This document shows, one piece after another, positions 46,101 to 53,729 of a stretch of 64,000 nucleotides of DNA (its first letter is position 1; the number at the start of each line of letters is the position of its first letter). A program made the translations under genes and the position numbers. Under the pieces are notes generated by a model. It did no database searches and had not been told where the DNA came from. It saw only the letters and a list, made by a program, of their open reading frames with translations. Origin of the DNA: Planctomycetota bacterium (GTDB lineage: Bacteria > Planctomycetota > UBA1135 > UBA2386); contig OZ245006.1 of the NCBI GenBank assembly GCA_965223545.1, forward strand, positions 4,704,001 to 4,768,000, given 5' to 3'.

Positions 46101-46437
46101 TCAGCATCGCCGAGGCCTCGATCCCGGGGAGCAGCTCGACGTTGACCGCACCGCCGTTCTCGGCGGCCCGCGAGGTGATGCGCTTGACGCCGGTGAGTCC
46201 TTGGACCGCCTCCTCGATCCGCTGGCAGATCGAGTACTCGACCTCGTCCGGCGTGGCGCCGGGGTAGGCGACGGTGACGGCGATGGTTTGGGCGGCGATC
46301 TCCGGGAACACCTCCTTCTTGATGACCGGCAGCATCATCAAGCCGGAGACCACGATGAGCCACATCAACAGGTTGGCGGCGACGGTGTTGCGCGTGAACC
46401 ACGCGATCACACCGCGATGCTCGTTTGGCGTGGTCAT
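43192..46437 (-). CDS. RND efflux transporter permease (AcrB/AcrD/AcrF family)
   Basis: 1081 aa; 'GIVVDDAIVVGE', 'GVVVNDSLVLV' and 'RFRPILLTSLTT'. Confidence 0.95.
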   Translation of the reverse strand: MTTPNEHRGVIAWFTRNTVAANLLMWLIVVSGLMMLPVIKKEVFPEIAAQTIAVTVAYPGATPDEVEYSICQRIEEAVQGLTGVKRITSRAAENGGAVNVELLPGIEASAMLNDVKTRVDAIDTFPDESEKPIVQEVVLRRQVLNIAISGDLDERALKNVGQQVRDELARLPDITQVELVSVRPDEISIEVAEEALRRFGIGFDTVAAAVRRSSLDLPGGSLKTTGGEILLRTAGQARSREEFERIVVLRRPDGTTVELGAVATVTDGFADADTAARFDGEPAVMVQVYRVGDQSALDISGAARAYVATKQAELPDGVTLTPWRDETVILNSRIDLLVRNAATGLLLVFCVLALFLRFRLAFWVSLGIPISFLGAIALMPTFGVSINMVSLFAFILVLGIVVDDAIVVGESVFKQLRGGASGVEAAIRGSKLVALPVVFGVMTTVAAFTPLLDVDTNARDLWRHVPLIVIPCLAFSLIESKLILPAHLSHERADGEARPRRGIGRAFAVVGRAWGALQRPLSRGLESFVDRVYRPVLAVCLRWRYLTWSTGIGTLLITLTLVAGGWIRFDFFPAVEGDNVVASVVLPLGTPAADTRAVLRQLETAATTLGDDLEREHGAPVFRHVLTSIGEQPYQLDMARNAGVMADAQSGSHLGEINVQMVASEEREISAEEVQRRWRALAGDIVDRYEIAFTSTIVRAGPDIDVQLAAGDIATLRAAADRLKAALASYDGVVDIADSLRAGKPELRFELLPRADALGLTLSDVARQVRQGFYGEEAQRLQRGRDDIKVMVRYPADARRSVADLDDMRIRTATGDAVPLSTVARLRRDRGLSTITRTDLARTVNVTAAIDAQRANTNQIVAELQAHAIPALLAEFPDLTADFEGDASEQQRTLASLLRGAIVALIAIYALMAIPFRSYTQPLMVMAVIPFGLVGAIWGHVFMGMELSIVSMLGLVALTGVVVNDSLVLVDYVNQRRREGHGRVAAVHQAGAARFRPILLTSLTTFASLTPMLLERSVQAQFLMPMAVSLAFGVLFATLITLILVPSGYLILEDLRAGVRWLVRDPTNEQQRDRAPVAKAC

Positions 46438-47651
46438 CGCGGAGCTCTCGGTGCTGCGGATTCGACGCGGACTCGCATCCCATCGTGCGGCGCCAGCAGG
46501 CGCGTGACGCAGACTCGATCACCGTCGGTGAGGCCGTCGTCGATCAGCACGCGGTCGCCCTCGCGCCGCGCGACGCGCACCTGTCTGCGGGCGAGGCGAT
46601 CATCGCCATCGACGATCCAGACCGCGCCGTCGTCGCCGACCGCGGCCGCGGGGAGTTCGGCCACCGCGGGCAGCGTCTTGCCCTCGATCTCGGCGAGGAC
46701 GAACATGCCGACGGCCAGCGGTGGGCGCTCGGGCGCGTCGCCGCGGTCATAGGGGCGGTCGACGCGTGCGACGACGTACACCGTGCCCGTGCCGGCGTCG
46801 ATCTGGCCCTCGACCCGATCCAGCCGGCCGCGCCAGTGGTGGGTGGTGCCGGCGAAGTCAGCGCGCAGCACCACCGCGGGGCCGGCGGACGCGGCGCCGC
46901 TGCCGTGGTGGTCGAGGCCGATGTCGAGGAAGGCGAGGGAGTCGTCGGCCAATGGCAGCCGCACCTCGGCGCTGTCGATCGCGTAGATGGTGGCGAGTGC
47001 GACGCCCGGCCGGACGTACTGGCCGACGTCGATGTCCTCGACGCGCACGCGGCCGGCGAACGGCGCCAAGAGAGCGGTCCGCGCGCGCTGCAGCTCCGCC
47101 AGCTGCAGCGCTGCCTGCGCCGCGGCCAACGTCGCCTCGGCGCGCGCCACTTGCGGGCCGCGCAGCACCAGCGGCGACGGCGATCGCTGTAGGCCCAAAG
47201 TCTCCCACTCGGCCCTGGCGGTCGCCGCCTCGGCCTGCTCGATCTCCAGTTGCATCTCGGCCTGGGCGACCTCGGCGCGCGCTCGCGTGACCGCGAGTTC
47301 GTAGTCGCGCGGATCGAGCTGCACGAGCACCGTGCCCGCATCGAAGAAGCCACCGCTGGCGAGCGCCGGCGCGACCGACACGACGCGGCCACCGACCTCG
47401 GCGACCAGCTCGATCTCGATCGGTGGAGTCACCGTACCCTGCGCTGCGATGCGCACCGCGTGTTCGCGCAGCGCGACCGGCATCACTTCGACGACCGGCG
47501 CGGTATCGCTCGGGGTCGCGGCCTCCGGACGCGGCCGCTCCGCCAGCAGCCATGCCGCGCCGCCGATGGCAAACGCCAGCACCAGCACGGCAGCAGTGAT
47601 GTGGACGACGGTTCTCAACGGTCTGCCTCGCTCGTTGGTTTGCCGGTTCAT
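46434..47651 (-). CDS. RND efflux membrane-fusion (periplasmic adaptor) protein
   Basis: N-terminal TM, lipoyl half-motifs 'AEVGGRV' and 'APFAGRV', helical hairpin, and 'GLTDGDRV'. Confidence 0.93.
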   Translation of the reverse strand: MNRQTNERGRPLRTVVHITAAVLVLAFAIGGAAWLLAERPRPEAATPSDTAPVVEVMPVALREHAVRIAAQGTVTPPIEIELVAEVGGRVVSVAPALASGGFFDAGTVLVQLDPRDYELAVTRARAEVAQAEMQLEIEQAEAATARAEWETLGLQRSPSPLVLRGPQVARAEATLAAAQAALQLAELQRARTALLAPFAGRVRVEDIDVGQYVRPGVALATIYAIDSAEVRLPLADDSLAFLDIGLDHHGSGAASAGPAVVLRADFAGTTHHWRGRLDRVEGQIDAGTGTVYVVARVDRPYDRGDAPERPPLAVGMFVLAEIEGKTLPAVAELPAAAVGDDGAVWIVDGDDRLARRQVRVARREGDRVLIDDGLTDGDRVCVTRLLAPHDGMRVRVESAAPRAPR

Positions 47652-49096
47652 TCCTCGACGGCGTGGGCGTCGTCGCCGGTGGGGGGTGGTGGTGGTTCGA
47701 AGCCGCCGCCGAGTGCCAGGTGCAGATCGACGCGGGTGTCGAGCAGCGCGCGCTGCACCGCGATGCGTTGCCCGGCCGCGTCCAGCGCGCGCCGCTGCGC
47801 ATCGAGCACGGCGAGCAGGTCGGACAAGCCGCGCTGGTAGCGCTGCTCCGCGGTGGTGCGCGCTTCGACCGCGCGCCGCTCGGCTTCGAGCAGGGCGCTG
47901 GCGCGCTGGCGCAAGAAGGCCTCCGCCGCGAGCGCGGACTCGACTTCGGTGTAGGCCGTCAGGGCAGTACGCGCGTACGCCGCCGCCGCCTCACCGGCGC
48001 GGGCGCGGGCCAGCTCGACGTCCTTCTGCCGGCGACCGTTGGTGAGCAGCGGCTGCACGAGCCCGGCGGCCAGCTGCCAGACGTAGAAGTCGGGGTCGAC
48101 GAGGTCCTCGAGCGCGCCGCTGGCAGTGCCGGCGCTCGCGGTGAGGCCGAGGCTGGGAAACAGCGCGGCGCGCGCCGCCTCGACGCGCTGGCCGGTCGCG
48201 GCCAACCGCCGTTCGGCGGCCTGCACATCGGGGCGCCGGCAGAGCAGCGCCGCCGGCAGGCCCACGGGCGGTGGCTCCGGCAGGGCCGGCAGCTGCTCCG
48301 GCGCCGCCAGCAGGCCGCGCGGGTAGCGCCCCAGCAGCGCTTCCAGCTGGCGCCGTGCCCGCGCCTGCCGCTCCCGCTGGGCGGCGCCGCCGGCGCGGCT
48401 CGCGGCGAGGCTGGCCTGCGCGAGCTGTAGGTCGAGCACCGGGCGCACGCCGTTGACGACGCGGTCCTCGACGCGCGCCGCGGTCAGCGCGAACAGCTGC
48501 TCGGTCTCGTCGGCCAAGGCGATCTGCTGGCTGGTCTCGACCAGCGCCCAGTAGGCCTTCGCAGTCTGCGCTGCCAGCGACTGCCGCGCTCCGCGCAGCT
48601 CGTGCTCGGCGGCCTGGAGCTCGGCGACCGCCGCCCGCTGGCCGGCGCGCAGCCGACCCCAGAGGTCGATCTCCCAAGAGGTCGACAACGACACGCCGAG
48701 CTGGGTGAACGTGCGCGTGAGGGTGCCACCGGTGCCGGGAATCGGCAGGCCGATGAAGTTCTGCCGCTGACGCGACGCATCGAGGCGCAGGTCCAGGGTC
48801 GGCTGCAGCGCGACGCCGGCGAGCTCGGCCTGCACCGCGGCCGCCTGCATCCGCGCGGCCGCTGCGCGCAGGTCGTGATTGTGGCGTTGGGCCTCGACGA
48901 TCAGTGCCGACAGGCCGGCGTCGCCAAACCGCTGCCACCACTGTGTGTCGACGCTCGCCTCGCGGTCGGTGCTCGCCTGCCAGCGCGGTGGAATCGGCGC
49001 ATTCAGCGGTGGCGGGGCTACCGGCGGTGGCGACACGGTGCACGCGCTGACCGCGAGCGCAGCGAACAGAACGCAGCGGCGCCGCGGGTGCTTCAT
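47648..49096 (-). CDS. Outer-membrane efflux lipoprotein (NodT/OprM family)
   Basis: Lipobox 'VSAC', 'WWQRFGD', 'SWEIDLWGRLR', 'RRPDVQAAE' and 'LALGGG'. ATG 49096 overlaps the TetR stop. Confidence 0.93.
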   Translation of the reverse strand: MKHPRRRCVLFAALAVSACTVSPPPVAPPPLNAPIPPRWQASTDREASVDTQWWQRFGDAGLSALIVEAQRHNHDLRAAAARMQAAAVQAELAGVALQPTLDLRLDASRQRQNFIGLPIPGTGGTLTRTFTQLGVSLSTSWEIDLWGRLRAGQRAAVAELQAAEHELRGARQSLAAQTAKAYWALVETSQQIALADETEQLFALTAARVEDRVVNGVRPVLDLQLAQASLAASRAGGAAQRERQARARRQLEALLGRYPRGLLAAPEQLPALPEPPPVGLPAALLCRRPDVQAAERRLAATGQRVEAARAALFPSLGLTASAGTASGALEDLVDPDFYVWQLAAGLVQPLLTNGRRQKDVELARARAGEAAAAYARTALTAYTEVESALAAEAFLRQRASALLEAERRAVEARTTAEQRYQRGLSDLLAVLDAQRRALDAAGQRIAVQRALLDTRVDLHLALGGGFEPPPPPTGDDAHAVEE

Positions 49097-49743
49097 CGGC
49101 CGGGCTCCGTTGCGGTCTTGGTCCGCACCGGCGCGCGAAACCCCGCCGCCAAGTAGGGCACCAGATGATCCAAGATCACCTCGGGATCGCGCGTGTCGCC
49201 GACCGAGTCGCCGAGTAGGCACAGTCGATGCACGTCCGCCAGGGTGTGACACATCACGCCGATCATGAAGTGGACCCGCCACGCCAGTGTTGCCGGCGGC
49301 AGCTGCGGGGTGGCGCGGGCCAGAGCGGCGAGCAAACGGTCGCGGACTTCCTCGAATTGCGAAACGACCGGTTGCCAGTGAGCACCGGGTTCTGTGTAAG
49401 TGCGGCCGGCGAGCCGCATGAAGGTCGGTCCGTCCGGGTCGCGCACCAACCGCAGCGCCGGCGCCAAGAACACCTCCAACACCTCCTCCAACGTCGGCTC
49501 GGTCTGGGCGCGCTCGAGTGCGTCGAGTCCCTCGATGCGGGCGCGATTGATCGGCGCGATCCGGCGCTCGAACACCGCCTGCCACAGCGCTTCCTTGGAG
49601 CCGAAGTGGTAGTGCACCGCGGCGAGGTTGGCCTCGGCGCGGGCGGTGATCGCGCGCAGGCTGGTGGCGGCGAAACCGTGATCGGCGAAGAGCGCTTCGG
49701 CGGCGTTGAGGATGCGTTCGCGGGTGTCCTGGGCAGGATTCAT
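49093..49743 (-). CDS. TetR family regulator (PsrA-like)
   Basis: 'TRERILNAAEALFADHGFAATSLRAITARAEANLAAVHYHFGSKEAL' and C-terminal 'YLAAGFRAP'. Confidence 0.9.
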   Translation of the reverse strand: MNPAQDTRERILNAAEALFADHGFAATSLRAITARAEANLAAVHYHFGSKEALWQAVFERRIAPINRARIEGLDALERAQTEPTLEEVLEVFLAPALRLVRDPDGPTFMRLAGRTYTEPGAHWQPVVSQFEEVRDRLLAALARATPQLPPATLAWRVHFMIGVMCHTLADVHRLCLLGDSVGDTRDPEVILDHLVPYLAAGFRAPVRTKTATEPGR

Positions 49744-49757
49744 GGACCGGATTGGAG

Positions 49758-49773
49758 TCAAACGTTCGTTTGA
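49758..49773. promoter_or_regulatory. Palindromic TetR operator TCAAACG-TT-CGTTTGA (PsrA-box-like)
   Basis: Perfect 7-bp inverted repeat 14 nt upstream of the TetR ATG; contains CAAAC-N4-GTTTG. Confidence 0.8.
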
Positions 49774-49910
49774 AACGTACGCATGATTCGGCTCGCGGTC
49801 ACCCTGCCCGATAGAGGAAAAATTGCCGGTTCGCGGAGGCCTCGGGATGGCCGCGCCGCCGATTCCCGGTCACATTCAGCGCGGTCCCGGCATTCGGACC
49901 GGCACCGCCG

Positions 49911-52900
49911 ATGGCCTCTACCGCCCACTCTTCCACCGACGTCGACCTGTTGTTGGCGCAGACCGATTGGCTGCGCCGGCTGGCGGGGCGGTTGGTGGCC
50001 GACGCGGGCGCCGCCGACGACCTCGCCCAGGATGCGCTCGTCGCCGCCCTCGAGCACCGGCCGCGCACGGGTGGATCGGCGGAGCAGCTGCGCGCGTGGT
50101 TGGGCCGGGTCGCGCGCAACACCGCGCGGCTGCAGTACCGCCGCCTGGTGCGGCGCCGGGCGCGCGAGCGCTTCACCGCCCGGCCCGCGGCGGTGTCTTC
50201 GACCGCCGAAGTGGTCGCGCACGGCGCGCAGCTGCGGGCGGTCCTGGACGCCGCGCTGGCGCTCGCCGAGCCGTACCGCAGCGCGGTGCTGCTCGCCTAC
50301 CAAGAGGGCTTGGCGGCGCCCGAGATCGCGGTGCGCACGGGGGTCACGCCCGCCGCCGCGCGCCAGCGCGTGTCGCGCGGCCTGGCGCGGATGCGCGCGC
50401 GCCTCGACGCACAGCACGGCGGCAAACGACAACGTTGGGCGCGCGCACTGGCGCCGGTGGCGGTCGCCGGCCCGGCGCGGGGTGCGCTGCTGGGAGTCAG
50501 CTTGATGTCGACCAAAGCTCTCGTCGCGGTTGCCGCGGCGGTCTCGTTCGCCGTCCTGGTCTGGTGGTGGCCTGAACGGCCTGCAGCAGGAGGGATGGGG
50601 TCGCCGGTCGGCGTGCCCGACTCGGGCACTCTGGTCGCGGTCGAGGACCTGGTCGATGACGCCGAGGAAACGGTCGATGCGCCACCCCGCGTGCGCGCCG
50701 CGGGTTCGCCCGCCGCCGGGGGGGCGGAGCGTCCGGTGCGCGGCCGCGTGGTTTCCTCCGTGACCGAGTTTCCGGTGGCCGGCGTGGAAGTGGTGCTGCC
50801 GGACTCGGAGGAGCTGACGGCTCGGGTCGGGGTCGCGCCGTTGGCGGTCACCGCCGCGGACGGCCGCTTCGAGGTCGTGCTCGACGACGGCGAGACGGCC
50901 GGCCTTCTTCTGCAGCACGACCGCCACTTCGACTTGCACGTGGACGACGTCGCGCTGAACGAACGTGGCGACGGAGAACTCGTCGTACGGCTGACGCCGC
51001 TGGGCACGCTCGCGGTGCGCGTGGTCGACGCGCAGCGCCGGCCGCAACCCGGCGTGGACGTGCGCTACAGCATCGACCTGACCGTCGGCTCCGAGCGGCA
51101 ACGCTGGGATTGGCGGCGGACGCTGTCGGCTGGTCAGACCGACGCGGAGGGCGCGGTGGCGATCGACGGGCTGCCGGTGGCGATGCCGATCGACGTCGTC
51201 GCCGGCGGTTCGTGGGCGGGCGCCACCCTGGTGGTCATCAACCCCGCCGTCGGGCACGCCGAGGTCGAGATCGTCGCCCCGCGTTGGGGGCGACTGGTCG
51301 GCCGCGTGCAGTGGCCGGACGGCACGCCGGCGGAGGGCGTCGCGCTGTCGTGGCACGGGGGTTACACGGCGGAGGGCAACCCCGGCCACGCCACCGTTGG
51401 CGCGGACGGCCGGTTCGAGTTTCCCGCCCTCTCGCAGTCGCGCGGAGTGCTGCTGTTCGACCGTGGCACCGCCTCGCCGGTCGCTGCCGAGGTGCGCGCC
51501 GGCGAGGTGACGGACGTCGGTGTTGTCGAAGCGGCGCGGCCGGTGCTGGTCCGCGGGCGCGTGACCGCGGACGGTGCAGTGCCGCAACGATTGGCGGTGC
51601 TGGCCTGCCGCGATGGCGCGGTCCTGGCCGAAGCCGAGGTCAGGGGCGACCGATTCGCGCTGGAGGTCGCGCCGGGTCCGGTCCTGCTGATGGTGACGCG
51701 TGGCCATTGGTGGGATCCGACGCTGCCGTTCCAGGGCCAACCGCTCGTCAGCGCGACGGTCGACGCGCCGGCCGAAGGCGTCGAGCTTCGTCTGCCGGCG
51801 GCCGGCGCGCGCTTGCTGGCGACCGTCGATGGCATCGTCGACGGCACTGCCGTCGACGTCGGAGTGATGGCCGCCGACCCTGAGCAATACTGGTACGGGC
51901 CGCGGCTGTTGCGCAGCGGTGCACAGGTGGTCACCGACGCCGAAGTGGCGTCGCCCCCGGTCGGCGCGGGCGAGTATCGGCTGTACGTCCGCGCCGGGGA
52001 GCGCAGCGGCTACTCCGCGCCGGTCGCCGTCGACAGCGAAGACGTCGACGTCGGCACCGTGCGCTTGGGGACTGCAACGGTGCGCGGCGAGGTCCGCGAC
52101 GCATCGGGCCAGCCGCGAATCGGCCTCACGCTGAAGCTGAGCGGAATCGATCGCGACCATCGAGTCGCCGTGACCGACGACGATGGAGCCTTCGCGTTCG
52201 TCGACGTCGAAAGTGGTCCGTGGCAGTTGGGAGTCGAGGCCGGCAGCACGTCCCACGTCGAGGGGCGGGTGCTCCACCTCTGCGCCGGCGACATGGTCCG
52301 GCTCGACCTTACGTCTGCACCGACGGCGACTCTGGCGGGGGCAGTGGTCACCGCTGGCGACCCGAGTGGCGTCTCGGTGCGGTTGCAGCGCAACGGCACC
52401 AACGATATCTGGAGTGCGACGACTGGCGCCGACGGTCGGTTCTCGTTTGGCGACCTGCAGCCGGGCAGCTACCGGCTGTGGGTGCGCGGCGGGATCACCC
52501 TCAACGTCGCCCTGCGCGCCGGCGAGGTCACCGATCTGCGGTGTCCGGTGGGGCTCGAACTCGAAGACCTCGAGCTTCGCGATGCCAGCGGCCCGCGTGG
52601 CGACATCGATTCGCTGTTCGTCGCCGAAGTCCCGGGCGCGGCCGGCGCGCCGCTGTTGTGGCATCACGCCGAGCAGGTCGATCGCGGTCGTTGGCGCGTG
52701 TCGCTGCCGGCCGGTCGCGTGCTGGTGCAGGCCGACGTCTGGGGACTCGGCAACAACCAGCTGCTGCTGTTCGACGCGGTGCCCCGGCGCGACGCTTCCG
52801 TCGCCGTCGTGCGGCTGCCCGAGACCGGCATCGCCCTGCATACTCCAGGCGGCGCGCGCCGGCTCCAGGCACCACCGCCGGCCGCCTACTTGGTGTCTCT

Positions 52901-53096
52901 CGGTGGAGTCGAGATCGACAGCTCTTGGGGCATGCCCGCCGAGCTGCAACAACGCGTCGATGCCAGCGGGCGCGTGCTGTTTCCGCACGTGCCCGCCGGC
53001 GCCCGGGTTCGCCTCGAGGGCGTCGACGCGGCCGGCAAATGGCGTGAGCACCACGTCGTCGTCGGTGCGCAGGGGTGGACCGCGGTGCAGTGGTGA
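49911..53096 (+). CDS. ECF sigma factor fused via a TM helix to multiple carboxypeptidase-regulatory-like domains
   Basis: N-terminal 'ADDLAQD...RAWLGRVARN' and 'LAEPYRSAVLLAYQEGL..PEIA', TM 'ALVAVAAAVSFAVLVWWW', then repeated 'T(D)xDGRF', 'GRV' and 'PGxY' units. Confidence 0.88.
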   Translation: MASTAHSSTDVDLLLAQTDWLRRLAGRLVADAGAADDLAQDALVAALEHRPRTGGSAEQLRAWLGRVARNTARLQYRRLVRRRARERFTARPAAVSSTAEVVAHGAQLRAVLDAALALAEPYRSAVLLAYQEGLAAPEIAVRTGVTPAAARQRVSRGLARMRARLDAQHGGKRQRWARALAPVAVAGPARGALLGVSLMSTKALVAVAAAVSFAVLVWWWPERPAAGGMGSPVGVPDSGTLVAVEDLVDDAEETVDAPPRVRAAGSPAAGGAERPVRGRVVSSVTEFPVAGVEVVLPDSEELTARVGVAPLAVTAADGRFEVVLDDGETAGLLLQHDRHFDLHVDDVALNERGDGELVVRLTPLGTLAVRVVDAQRRPQPGVDVRYSIDLTVGSERQRWDWRRTLSAGQTDAEGAVAIDGLPVAMPIDVVAGGSWAGATLVVINPAVGHAEVEIVAPRWGRLVGRVQWPDGTPAEGVALSWHGGYTAEGNPGHATVGADGRFEFPALSQSRGVLLFDRGTASPVAAEVRAGEVTDVGVVEAARPVLVRGRVTADGAVPQRLAVLACRDGAVLAEAEVRGDRFALEVAPGPVLLMVTRGHWWDPTLPFQGQPLVSATVDAPAEGVELRLPAAGARLLATVDGIVDGTAVDVGVMAADPEQYWYGPRLLRSGAQVVTDAEVASPPVGAGEYRLYVRAGERSGYSAPVAVDSEDVDVGTVRLGTATVRGEVRDASGQPRIGLTLKLSGIDRDHRVAVTDDDGAFAFVDVESGPWQLGVEAGSTSHVEGRVLHLCAGDMVRLDLTSAPTATLAGAVVTAGDPSGVSVRLQRNGTNDIWSATTGADGRFSFGDLQPGSYRLWVRGGITLNVALRAGEVTDLRCPVGLELEDLELRDASGPRGDIDSLFVAEVPGAAGAPLLWHHAEQVDRGRWRVSLPAGRVLVQADVWGLGNNQLLLFDAVPRRDASVAVVRLPETGIALHTPGGARRLQAPPPAAYLVSLGGVEIDSSWGMPAELQQRVDASGRVLFPHVPAGARVRLEGVDAAGKWREHHVVVGAQGWTAVQW

Positions 53097-53142
53097 GCGG
53101 GCCGCGGTGGCTGCCGCCGGGCGAGTGCGGTAAATTGCCACG

Positions 53143-53724
53143 GTGCCCGCCCCCGAAGGAGAGATCACCGCGATCCTGAGCCGCATCCGCGAAGGAGATC
53201 GGGATGCGTTCCAGCAGCTGTTTCCCGTGGTCTACAGCGAGCTGCTGAGCATCGCCGCGGGCAAGGTGTCCGGGGAGCAGTTCGGCCACACACTGCAGCG
53301 CACCGCGTTGGTGCACGAGGCCTATCTCCGGCTCAGCCGGTGCAGGCACGGTTGGAACGACCGCACGCACTTCTTTCGCGTCGCCGCGGTGGCGATGCGC
53401 TCGGTGCTGGTCAACCACGCCCGCGATCGCAAGCGGCAGAAGCGGGGTGGCGGCGTGACTCATTTGCCCTGGCACGACGACGTCGCGCGGGTCGAGGCGA
53501 GGACGCTGGACCTATTGGGACTGGACGACGCTCTGCACCGGCTGCACGAGATCGATTCGCGTCAGGTGCAAGTGGTGGAGCTGCGCTTCTTCGCCGGGCT
53601 GACCGTGGACGAGACTGCCGAGGTGCTGGGTGTCTCGGCGCGCACGGTGCAGTCGGATTGGCGATTGGCGCGCGCCTGGCTGTTTCGCGAGCTCAACGGC
53701 GGCTCCTCGACGGAGATCGATTGA
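53143..53724 (+). CDS. ECF sigma factor, kinase-associated type (TIGR02999/ECF43-like)
   Basis: 'HTLQRTALVHEAYLRL', 'RQKRGGG', 'VELRFFAGLTVDETAEVLGVS' and 'DWRLARAWL'. Confidence 0.92.
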   Translation: MPAPEGEITAILSRIREGDRDAFQQLFPVVYSELLSIAAGKVSGEQFGHTLQRTALVHEAYLRLSRCRHGWNDRTHFFRVAAVAMRSVLVNHARDRKRQKRGGGVTHLPWHDDVARVEARTLDLLGLDDALHRLHEIDSRQVQVVELRFFAGLTVDETAEVLGVSARTVQSDWRLARAWLFRELNGGSSTEID

Positions 53725-53729
53725 CGGCG

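Noticed and set aside
43474..46752. Long antisense ORFs (1092 aa here; also 49758-53186 minus, 57030-59801 plus, 35887-37941 plus and many others)
   Set aside because: These are shadow frames of well-supported genes in high-GC DNA. They are Arg/Ala/Gly-rich and have no family motifs.
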